A DNA stretch of 64,000 bases, taken from contig CP000068.1 in NCBI GenBank assembly GCA_000002445.1, forward strand, positions 96,001 to 160,000, read 5' to 3'. Within the stretch, counting starts at the first letter, position 1; each line of letters opens with the position of its first letter. This document shows positions 23,401 to 33,278 of this stretch, one piece after another. Position numbers and translations under genes: made by a program. Source of the stretch: Trypanosoma brucei. Its lineage: Eukaryota. The notes beneath the pieces are model-generated. The model saw only the letters and a list, made by a program, of their open reading frames with translations, was not told where the DNA came from and did no database searches.

Positions 23401-25423
23401 AGTTGCAGTGGGGATGGGGAAATTGAGAGAGAGTACAGAAGACGCTGACGCTGGCGATGTTAAGTGTGGTGTCACCAACTGGAAAAGATTGGGGGGTTAG
23501 AAAAACTTTCAAAATGAAACGCAGTTACACAACCGAAAAGGGTGGGAGTGAGATGAAGAGGACGTGTGGAGGCGTGCCTTTAGTTGTCGCGGATGTAGGA
23601 GCCACCGTGACTCGTAAAAAGAGATGGTACAGTTACCTGTTCACGGCATTCTTACACTTGTAAGCAGTGGTGGAGGACGCAATAGAAGTGAGGATGAATA
23701 CGCCTCAAACTGCGTTAGTTAGCTCGTACAGATCATGTATTACGGGCATATCTGACTCCCAACCCCAGCATACAAGAGAGTTTTTCTTTTTGCTGACTTC
23801 ACATATCTGTTACTGTCTGAAGTTCCAAACTGTGTTTAATAACAGATAATCTGTTGTATTGACGCTAATATTGTTGCGCTAATTTTTTTTTTTTAAATCA
23901 TGTATCCGCGAGGGAATTTGACGTGGTTTTTTTGGTGTGAAGTGAAAAGAGCACCCGCAAAGCAGGTATCGTGCACATATCATTTATCTACCTTTTGTCT
24001 TTTCAACAAAAAATTACAGGGGTCGTCTTCGTCATGATGGGCTCCCTCATCCACGCCACGTGCCCATATGGAGTTTTATTGGCTGGTTGCGCCACGTTTC
24101 ACCCAGACGAATTCGCAAAACTAAAGGCACATGGTCAGAATTTAAAAAAAAAAAGGAAGCCGTATAAAGCAACGAAAAGGGGGAAAATGTGACAGACATC
24201 GCGCATTTGTCCACTGGAATCGAGGTAAATACATATAAAGGCAGGTAACCTTCTCACGCGTCTGTTTCCCTGCACACAAGTATTTGATGTATTGGTTGGC
24301 GTTACAGTTGCTTTCGCTGCTCGCTATCTCAACCTGAGGAGTTCTTAGAAGTATATAAAGTGAGGAATATAGGGCAGGTGCGGGCTAGATGTTCTTTCCG
24401 TGCGTTCAGCCAATAATGCAGTTGTGATTATTCGTCACGCATGTTCTTTTTTATATTTTACCCTCCCCACTGCTGAGATCAGTCCCCTTCTCGTGGGCTA
24501 CCGACTTATATTCTCCTGCTGCGTATCTGTGGTCGTGCAATTCGTTGTGGCAGTGACTGTTGCGATGTCAAAGGAACGATTTCATAACCGACGCGTGAGC
24601 ACAAATCGCTTGATCTCTAATAGCTCGTGGTCTACTAGCGCAAAAAATCAAGGTATTTCGTCTCCTAAACGCGAAACTGATTTTTTTTTTCAGTGATTTG
24701 CCTGTTGTCATGAGGAACTGCGCAGCCATCTGCCCACGATGGTGGCTCCAACAGCGGGGCTCCACCAGTAAGTGATGTAGCAACCAAAGCGCCAACAGTA
24801 CGCACCGTTATCGTCCACAGGCCACTGAACGCAAGCACCACCAACAATCCATAAGAGCATCGCCCTGACGGTCGCACACCGCGCGGTAATCCTGCACTAA
24901 CAAACAATAAGGACTCCATGAAACATTTACCGGAAACAACCATTGTGACCAGAAATTACAACTGCGGATATACAACAAGAAGTTAGTGTGAAGCATATGC
25001 ACTTCTACCTCAGTCATCTCAACTTCAAAATAACCAACATATATCCGTAACTAAACAACGTATGTCTTGACACACCCAAATTTTTTTTTTTTACTATCAC
25101 CCACACGATAAATATTTCCTCGACAAACCAAGGGTTACCTTTCTTACCTTGCGCAAAATAACACTGTTACTCGGAAATTTCACATCGTCAGTCCAACCCA
25201 CCTTTTGTATTATTACAAAACATTTACAAATACTATTTCCTTTGCTCAATTGCGCATATTTTTACTCTTTGGTCGTTTCTATCGATTCCCTTCCCTTTCT
25301 TATTTTCTCTTGGATATTTGACTGTAGTTGATTGCATATTTCTACGGCCAAGGTAACGTGGGGTTGAGACTGACAAGCTGAGGAAGTGGTGATCAGAGGA
25401 GGGTGACAGATAAGTTTTAACGG

Positions 25424-26992
25424 ATGTCAACGATGCCTGTTACATTACGCACTACTGCAACAGTATTTCTCCTCTGCGGCATATGTGCGCTCGATGTGAC
25501 TCTGGCCGCAGACCTTCCACTTACAAGTAGGCAGTTCGTAACAAACGGACGTATGCTTGACGGGCGGGGTGCTTTGACACTGTGCGAAATGAAGAAGACG
25601 CTTGACGGTGTGAACTCCAGGGTTGACACATTTGAACAACAAATCCTTACGTTCGTCAACAATGCGAATGCGAATTTTCGTAAAATATCGGATGACAAGG
25701 TAATGGCAGCATCGCTCTCCGCGAGCAGGCTACAGGAAATGCAGTACATGAAATCGCTGGGCAATAGCATAATCAAGTACATGGGGGGCACAGGAGAGCG
25801 GGCTAAGGCAGCGGCGGCAAATGCAAGCGCAGCTCTCGACCAAGTGCTGACGTGGCATTGTGTTGACAGGACGGCGAGTCACGAGTCCTCATACAGTTCT
25901 ACTCCAAATGCAAATTGTGAACCTAACGCGTATAAGCGAGACTACTACTATGAACATTCGAGGCTTGATCCCCATAAATACAGCATTTTATGCAACTACA
26001 AAGTGGTCAGTAGTACCACTACTCAAACGACGTTCTCCAACATGGAGAGGGCACTCGAAATATGGAACCAGGTAAAACCCAAACCGTACTCCGCTCGTGT
26101 TATGATATGTGGAGCAGGCGCACCCGCTCACCAAGCAGCTCCCGCTGGACGACCATGCACAGTGCTGGAGAACTGGGTGCGAGACTACAGAGTAACGGCA
26201 CATTTGATAGCAAAGCTCGAGAAGGATGCGACCCTAGCTCTAAGGGTTATGCGCTACTCTGAGAAAGTGCTAGAGGGTGACAAAGAGTCTCTTGCACAGC
26301 ATGAGGAGAGAAGGAAAGCAGCAGAGGCGCGGGCGGCGGAGGAGGAGGCGAAACGCCAGGCTGCTGAGAAGGCTGCTGAGGAAGCGAGAAAGGCTTTGGA
26401 GGAGGCTGAGGCGAGACGAGTGGCCGCTGAGGAACAGGCGGAGGCCAGGCGCTTGGAAGCTGAGAAGGCTGAGAAGGCAAAGGAGGCGGGTCAGCCGGTG
26501 AGTGAAGAAAAGAAAAAGATGTTGCTGGAGGCTGTTGAGGAAGCTGAGGCAACTGAAAAGGCTGCAGAAAAGCAGGCAAAAGATTCGAGAAAGGCATTTG
26601 AGGAAGCGGAGGAGGAGCGCGTCAAAGCCACCGAAGATGCAGAGGCTGCAAAAGAGGAAAAGGAGGACGCCGGACGGTCCGAAGAGGAACTGAAGAAGAG
26701 TCTCGAAAAATTGGCGGAGGAATTGAAAGAGGAGTCGAAAGAAAGTGGTGAAGAGGACGACGTAAATGCTGACCATGATGATGAGGGCAGCGAGGCCAAA
26801 AGTGGCTGGATTGGGACAACGAAAGTGTTAATATTTTTAATTCCTTTGCTTTTGCTGTTGCTTGGGTTGCTTGTGTTCTTTGTTATTAGGGGCCGTAGGA
26901 AGGCTGAGGTGAAGGATGATATAAACATAGAGGAAGGCGGTGCTAAAAGCAAAAATACGAAGACAGCAGCAGGTCTTGACAGTGATATTTAA
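25424..26992 (+). CDS. ISG75: ISG75 family, copy E (subtype 2, mosaic of the B-type and C-type ectodomains), 522 aa
   Basis: Same domain organisation. The ectodomain mixes B-like segments (SLGNSIIKYMGGTGERAKAAAANASAALDQVLTWHCVDRTASH) and C-like segments (ESSYSSTPNANCEPNAYKR, KVMAASLS). Lies on the opposite strand from copies A-D. Confidence 0.85.
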   Translation: MSTMPVTLRTTATVFLLCGICALDVTLAADLPLTSRQFVTNGRMLDGRGALTLCEMKKTLDGVNSRVDTFEQQILTFVNNANANFRKISDDKVMAASLSASRLQEMQYMKSLGNSIIKYMGGTGERAKAAAANASAALDQVLTWHCVDRTASHESSYSSTPNANCEPNAYKRDYYYEHSRLDPHKYSILCNYKVVSSTTTQTTFSNMERALEIWNQVKPKPYSARVMICGAGAPAHQAAPAGRPCTVLENWVRDYRVTAHLIAKLEKDATLALRVMRYSEKVLEGDKESLAQHEERRKAAEARAAEEEAKRQAAEKAAEEARKALEEAEARRVAAEEQAEARRLEAEKAEKAKEAGQPVSEEKKKMLLEAVEEAEATEKAAEKQAKDSRKAFEEAEEERVKATEDAEAAKEEKEDAGRSEEELKKSLEKLAEELKEESKESGEEDDVNADHDDEGSEAKSGWIGTTKVLIFLIPLLLLLLGLLVFFVIRGRRKAEVKDDINIEEGGAKSKNTKTAAGLDSDI

Positions 26993-27444
26993 CCACCTTC
27001 TCTTGTGCCCGAACACGAAGGTACAGATATAGGCATTTGTGTGTATGATTTTGGAATTGAAATCGGTTGCTATAAGTGATATAAGGGTGCTTTTTATATG
27101 TTTTCGTTTCTTGCTTTTTATACCGTTGCTTGTAATGTTTCGGTCTGACCAGTTCCTTGCAGCTCATCTCAAGGTTATTACCCTTTTCCCACATACTACC
27201 GGTTTGAGGTAGGGCCGCATTGGTAGCTGCGGATACCAGTGCTGATGCCTTTTTTCATACGTATTGCTTATTTCATGTGTTAAGGGTATTCATACATTCC
27301 TTGCGCTACTATGAAGGGTGTAATGAAAGACTGCCGTGGAGGTTGTCCATGTTCGGGTGAACTGCAACAAATCCGCTATTGGATACGCATATTATTTCCT
27401 TTGCTCAATCGCGCATATTTTTACTCTTTGGTCGTTTCTATCGA

Positions 27445-27486
27445 TTCCCTTCCCTTTCTTATTTTCTCTTGGATATTTGACTGTAG
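27445..27486 (+). promoter_or_regulatory. polypyrimidine tract plus first downstream AG: predicted spliced-leader trans-splice acceptor for ISG75 copy F. The same motif lies upstream of every ISG75 unit, for example 25286-25327 (+) and 10156-10182 (- strand).
   Basis: TTCCCTTCCCTTTCTTATTTTCTCTT followed by ...GACTGTAG about 100 nt upstream of the ATG. This matches the kinetoplastid poly-Y/AG processing signal. Confidence 0.55.
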
Positions 27487-27582
27487 TTGATTGCATATTT
27501 CTACGGCCAAGGTAACGTGAGGTTGAGACTGACAAGCTGAGGAAGTGGTGATCAGAGGAGGGTGACAGATAAGTTTTAACGG

Positions 27583-29151
27583 ATGTCAACGATGCCTGTT
27601 ACATTACGCACTACTGCAACAGTATTTCTCCTCTGCGGCATATGTGCGCTCGATGTGTCCAAGGCAAGCAACTTACCTGTCGCATATAAGCAGTATGTAA
27701 CAATAAATGGGCGGAAACTTGACGGGCGGGGTGCTTTGACACTGTGTACCATGAAAAAGTTGCTTGACGGTGTTGCTGATAGAGCAGACTTTCTAGAGAG
27801 GCAATCCTGGAAATATTTGAAGACAGTGCAGGAAATTTTTCAGAAAGTGTCAGAGCATGATGATATGAAGGCGGCCCTTGGCGAAAAGAAGCTGCAGGAA
27901 ATGCATAATGTAATGGCCATATCAGCAACCACTGGAACGTACGTTGGTGAAGCGTGGGGAAAGGCGAAGAGGGCTGCAGCGAACTCGAGCAAAGTTCTCA
28001 AGGAGTTGCTAAAATGGCACTGTATAAACAAGGAAGCAATCCGTGATTCGTTTGACCATATGGCTAACGCAAACTGCGATCCCAGTGCGTATAAACATGA
28101 CTATCATCGAAATTTTGGACATGATGACGCTCGCGCATACGTTATATATTGCGAGTACAAGTCTATTCCGGCTGCAAAAACTGATGTGACCTTCTCCAAC
28201 ATGGAGGGGGCAGTCGAGGCATGGAATCGAGCAAAGCCCAAGGCTGATGCAAGGGATGCTGTTGAGTGCAGCAGCGGCCATTCGTCAAGAAGTGCGTCCT
28301 CCTCCGATAAACCATGCACGCTGCTTGAAAGTTGGCGGTGGGACTACGACTTGGCAGCACATTGCATTGAAAAACTTGAAAGATACACCAGAAATGCATT
28401 ACAAACAGTTCATTACGCTCAAAAATTCCTACATAAAGGAAAGGAGTCTCTTGCACAGTATCTGGAATGGAAAAAAGCAGCAGAGGCGCGGGCGGCGGAG
28501 GAGGAGGCGAAACGCCAGGCTGCTGAGAAGGCTGCTGAGGAAGCGAGAAAGGCTTTGGAGGAGGCTGAGGCGAGACGAGTGGCTGCTGAGGAACAGGCGG
28601 AGGCCAGGCGCTTGGAAGCTGAGAAGGCTGAGAAGGCAAAGGAGGCGGGTCAGCCGGTGAGTGAAGAAAAGAAAAAGATGTTGCTGGAGGCTGTTGAGGA
28701 AGCTGAGGCAACTGAAAAGGCTGCAGAAAAGCAGGTGAAAGATTCGAGAAAGGCATTTGAGGAAGCGGAGGAGGAGCGCGTCAAAGCCACCGAAGATGCA
28801 GAAGTTGCGCGGTGGGACAAGGAGGGCGCCGAGGAATCTGAAGAGGAACTGAAGAAGGATGTAGAAAAATTGGCTGAGGAATTGAAAGAGGAGTCGAAAG
28901 AAAGTGGTGAAGAGGACGACGTAAACGCTGACCATGATGATGAGGGCAGCGAGGCCAAGAGTGGCTGGATTGGGACAACGAAAGTGTTAATATTTTTAAT
29001 TCCTTTGCTTTTGCTGTTGCTTGGGTTGCTTGTGTTCTTTGTTATTAGGGGCCGTAGGAAGGCTGAGGTGAAGGATGATATAAACATAGAGGAGGCTAAT
29101 GCTAAAAGCAAAAATACGAAGACCGCAGCAGGTTTCGACAGTGATATTTAA
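27583..29151 (+). CDS. ISG75: ISG75 family, copy F (subtype 1, closest to copy A), 522 aa
   Basis: N-terminus DVSKASNLPVAYKQYVTINGRKLDG and tail ...EEANAKSKNTKTAAGFDSDI as in copy A. Patchwise differences in the mid-ectodomain. Its 3' flank (29152-29379) is the reverse complement of copy A's 3' flank (8248-8474). Confidence 0.85.
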   Translation: MSTMPVTLRTTATVFLLCGICALDVSKASNLPVAYKQYVTINGRKLDGRGALTLCTMKKLLDGVADRADFLERQSWKYLKTVQEIFQKVSEHDDMKAALGEKKLQEMHNVMAISATTGTYVGEAWGKAKRAAANSSKVLKELLKWHCINKEAIRDSFDHMANANCDPSAYKHDYHRNFGHDDARAYVIYCEYKSIPAAKTDVTFSNMEGAVEAWNRAKPKADARDAVECSSGHSSRSASSSDKPCTLLESWRWDYDLAAHCIEKLERYTRNALQTVHYAQKFLHKGKESLAQYLEWKKAAEARAAEEEAKRQAAEKAAEEARKALEEAEARRVAAEEQAEARRLEAEKAEKAKEAGQPVSEEKKKMLLEAVEEAEATEKAAEKQVKDSRKAFEEAEEERVKATEDAEVARWDKEGAEESEEELKKDVEKLAEELKEESKESGEEDDVNADHDDEGSEAKSGWIGTTKVLIFLIPLLLLLLGLLVFFVIRGRRKAEVKDDINIEEANAKSKNTKTAAGFDSDI

Positions 29152-29379
29152 ACACTATCACAGGTGCCCGAACACGAAGGAACAGACATAGGCATTTGTG
29201 TGTATGATTTTGGAACTGGAATTGAAATTAGGTGCTTGATGCAATTTAACGGTTTCCACGCAAGGTTTAGTGGAAATATTATACGCCATTAATTGTCCTT
29301 GTGGCTCCATTCAAATTGTTGATGCTTGCTTAATGTTATTTTTATAAGGTACTTTCGGGTGTAACGGTGCAGGGTGAAC

Positions 29380-32300
29380 GTTCCTTTTGGCGTTAGTTAA
29401 CTGTTCCGCCCATCCCCTCTTTTTGCTCTTCACCCTTTTTCTGTTGCTTGTGTGAATTGTTTGTGGTTACCGCAGGGAATTATTACCTTCTTTTATTGAG
29501 AGTGGTGGTTCAATGTTTGGAAAGGGACGGTTACTACTGTACGCACTTGCAATGCTGTTGTTGTTTGCTTCCTGACGTGTACGAAGGAAGGGAAGTTAGA
29601 GTTTTATGGGTAGCTTAGCTTGAGGGCGCGTGCATGCGTAAAGCTGCTTAATTTTATTCGTGTACTTTTATAAAGATGTGTATTGGTGAGGTACGTGCAA
29701 ACACGCAGTTGGCTGACTGAGTTGAATCAACTGCAATTGCATGTGTTTGGCCGGTGAGGCGCAGCACGTAAAGGGCAATAGGGACGATTAAAATGACTTG
29801 AGTACATTTGTTGGGGGTCGGTTAACAAGATGGTAACTACAGGAAAGAGCGTTTGGACGGAGTTGAATGTTCGCTTTGATGGTTCGTTATTGCTGATATT
29901 CTCCTTCAGTCCCCCGTAAGAACATTAATGGGCTAGACATATAGGGAGACAAGTATAATTGCGGATCCATGCGAATACGTAAGTACTTGCTGAATTGAGA
30001 GGGTATTGGTAAACGAATAAGTTGTGCGGCATCGTACCACCTTCATGGTTACCGCTGGTGCAGGCCGTTTCGACACTCTTTAAGGAATCAGCAACGATAT
30101 GCATTGGAGGAACGGGGTAACATGTGAATGTGAATGTGAATGAAGGAAATTGTGAGGAGCAGTTGGGTCAAACGCACGCAAATGAGGCGCCTTGAAGCGC
30201 CAAAATAAACGTTCCGCGGGGCGGATGGCCCTTTTGATGACGGTCGGAAAAGGAAAGGGATGCCCCTGGGCCCATTCCATACCCCACAAGTGCACAAGTG
30301 AGTTTGCGCTGACCGACGCCGGTGGGTTCAGTGCCTGCCGAAACCCCTGCAGCCAACCACGGCACTGAGGAAGATATTGGCAAATCGCATTTGTTGGCGT
30401 AGCCGCTGAACTCCGTGTGGTGTGGAAACCCCGATGCTTTTGCTATTGTAATTACCGCGCGGTCTCAACAGCTGGCGCATAATTGTGGGAGGGCAGGTGG
30501 CATCAGTACTGTCGCCCGCCTAAGGGCGTAGCTTGCCAACACTTAATGTGTGACGGGGGGAAATGGTGTGCATTTGGATCCCCGTAAACGAGGAAGATAA
30601 CCAAAGGCTGGGAATATGTTTCAAATGCCATTGTTAAGGCGACTTCACTCGAATGGAAGCGAGGCGACATGTGTGGGTTTAGGCGCATGAAAGGAACAAA
30701 AGAGGCGCCACCATCCGGGCGCTTGAGAGACGTAGAGAAGACGCGGGTGTTATTTGCCTCTCGAACTGTTTGGATGCCCAACGGAGTGGACGGGACGTCA
30801 TCGGTGAGACTTGATTATTTCAACGAAACCCTCCTTTACCATTGCTTGGAATTTAGTGCGAAGGCGTATGTTTTGTTCCCCGCGAATGCCGTCAAATAAA
30901 TGGGCGTATCTATTTATTTTTTTGGAGACCCCCGGGCAGCTGTTGGGGCTCAGATATCTGTGACAAAGCACACCACTAGCTGAGGAAGCAAAGAGCCCTT
31001 TGTATTACACCGTGCGAATGCGACAGAAACTGGGGGAATGTAACAATGCACTTTCGGTAGATGTACGACATTAATAGCGCCATTGGCGCGTCGCAGTTAG
31101 GAGGGGCACTGGGCAGGCAATGGAAGCGATAATTACAAACACGCGACACCATCGCATCTCAATTAAACGGCGAAATAAATGGATCAACTGATCGAATTTT
31201 GGGAAACCCACACAACGATAGCGCCATCACCACCGCACATCTATCGGGTTTGCATGTGGTTTGCAGTTCCCTCTTGTAGTGAACACACTGCATTTTCATT
31301 CGTATCGCATGCGCGAAGGAAGTTCACACACAACTCGGTGACGATTTTAAAATTGGGTTGCCTCGCCCCCTCCCTCTTCCCTCACCATCGCGACCCTTCG
31401 TCTTCCTTTTTATGCTCTTCAGAGGTTGCAATTGATGATGACAGTAAAGACACGCCTTGTCCCTTACCGAATCTCTCGTTCTCCACCTCCTGAGTTATTT
31501 TCGAAGGAACCATTCCCTGACGTGATTCTCTTCTGTTCCTAATTGGTGCTACTGAAGAAGGGTCGTTTGGTTTAGCCTTTCTATTATTCTTTTACGCAAG
31601 CTATTCCCCGCCTTGAAATTGAGTAAGGTTGCGTTTCGTTTCAGAGAGGGGAAGTAACCGCTGGCGCTGCGATGCGAGCTAACACACGTGGTACTCACAA
31701 GCTCCACTCTAAATTTAATGCATTCCATATTTTCTCCTGTAATGGTTCCTATACTCACCACCAGGGGATATCATACAAACTGAGCATAAACTTAATTGTT
31801 CCAGAACAAAACTACGAGCAACATTCGGGGATGTTAAATGTCCACTTCTCCGATACAAATGAGCGCTAGTCGTCATCAACGCCCCAACCCCATTAATGTT
31901 TGCCATTTTGTTCCACTTCACACACACACAAACGCAACGAAGGCGCTTGTGCCCTTCTTTTTTCTTTTCTCCTTTAGATGGGGCGGGAGTTGATACTCTC
32001 TGGAAAGTGTAGCATTGACATCACTGGGAAAATGGTGCAGTTTTTAAACCCACCAGAAAGTTATAACTCCTGAAACCAATATTTTCCTCAATCACACCTC
32101 GATGAAAGGAAGAGGAGCGCCTTCATTTCCGCTGAACAGTCTCTGGAGTTTTCCCCTTCCCTTAATGGGGCTTCTAAGTCTTAGGAGTCGCAAATGTGCA
32201 GGAGAGTGCCGGAGGGAGCTTTGCCACACAACTCAATTCAGTGCAAGGTCGGAACAAAAAAGATAACAACAATAACGGCAGACACACTCAACAACCGTCG

Positions 32301-33278
32301 CCGATTCGCCTGTGATAACGCACCACTTCACTGTTTCAACGAAAAGGCAGCAATCAATCACACAGCTGAGTATCCATCCATCCGCCGAAAAACACGCCGG
32401 CGTATATCTGCGTTTTTTTTTAAATGTACGTGCGGGATTCCCACCTACAAATGTATTGTGATGTGACGTGGTGGTGACTCTTGCACTACTAACCGATGAC
32501 AAACGCACAAAGCAGGTTGTTGAAAAGGCAGTGAAAAAACACATTTAACCCGCAACCATAATCCCGGTCTATGGATCAACAGCAAGTTATGTGACGGGGA
32601 ACAGTACAAGGCGTCAAATAAACATATATATATTAATGCAAGAACGAGTTAAGCAACGCAGCGAAAGTATGAGACAACCCCACACGTACACAAACACACA
32701 CACACACACACACAACTCGTGGCGGGGAAACCGTAATATTAGCGTTATTATTGCCGTTGGTGTCGATACACTCGCACGCATCCGAAGGCAAGACCGACTC
32801 GGACCTCCCTCTGTTGTGTGTTTGTCTTTTTCGTTTGTTTTCCGTTTTTTGTTGTAGCTTTTTACTTTGTACCAATCGGCTTCTTAGAAAGTCCACAAAT
32901 CAAGCATTCCCAATATTCCCCCTTCCCTTACACTCACCCATTAATAGCACACGGCTTACATACTGGGAAAGGAAAAGGAAGAAAAGTGCAAAACAAAAAA
33001 AAAGATTAAAAAATAATAGCAACTGTATTCCGATTGACGGAAGGGAGACGGAAGGGGGGGAGAAAAAAGCAACAAAGAGAGTGAAAAAAGTTAATCATGT
33101 CAGGTCCGTCTACCGGTTTGAAGCGGCTGGCGACCCCGACGCGGATACGAATATAGTTGATGTCGGAATATCGGTTTCATTGGCGGTGCAACATGCTTTC
33201 ACCTTTTTCTTGCATGGAGGGGGGGGAGGGATTATTTTCCTTTCCACATGTTGTGTTGTGTTGTGTTGTTGTTGTTTT
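29380..33278. terminator. convergent strand-switch region between the + ISG75 arm and the long - gene cluster. Putative Pol II termination zone.
   Basis: Gene orientation converges here. No credible ORFs; the 324 aa + ORF at 32751-33725 is antisense to a real gene and low-complexity. Contains the second copy of the 390 bp element. Confidence 0.45.
31920..32310 (+). repeat. dispersed element of about 390 bp, copy 2, inside the right convergent strand-switch region (inverted relative to copy 1)
   Basis: See 5568-5960. Its orientation matches that of the adjacent ISG75 arm on each side. Confidence 0.8.

Larger units (their letters stand above)
16836..25224. promoter_or_regulatory. divergent strand-switch region of about 8.4 kb with no convincing ORF, between oppositely oriented ISG75 arrays. 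Putative bidirectional RNA Pol II start region.
   Basis: Genes to the left are all on the - strand and genes to the right are on the + strand, both pointing away from this interval. Only ORFs under 125 aa with no features. Contains (CA)n and (CA)n(TA)n microsatellites, G-tracts and GT-rich stretches. Confidence 0.55.
25225..29379 (+). repeat. right arm of the inverted duplication: two ISG75 repeat units in opposite orientation to 8248-16835
   Basis: 29152-29379 is the reverse complement of 8248-8474. The gene 5' flanks at 25225-25423 and 27392-27582 are reverse complements of the left-arm 5' flanks. Confidence 0.9.

Noticed and set aside
16862-24943. Short ORFs (60-122 aa) scattered through the central divergent strand-switch region
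   Set aside because: None has a signal peptide, TM, recognisable motif or trypanosome-like codon composition. Several overlap each other on both strands. Treated as non-coding.
29380-31919. Possibility that the 2.3-2.5 kb flanks between the ISG75 arms and the 390 bp elements are also part of the palindrome
   Set aside because: A direct comparison of 8100-8247 with the reverse complement of 29380-29530, and of the sequences adjoining the 390 bp element, shows no extended homology. Only the ISG75 units and the 390 bp element are shared.
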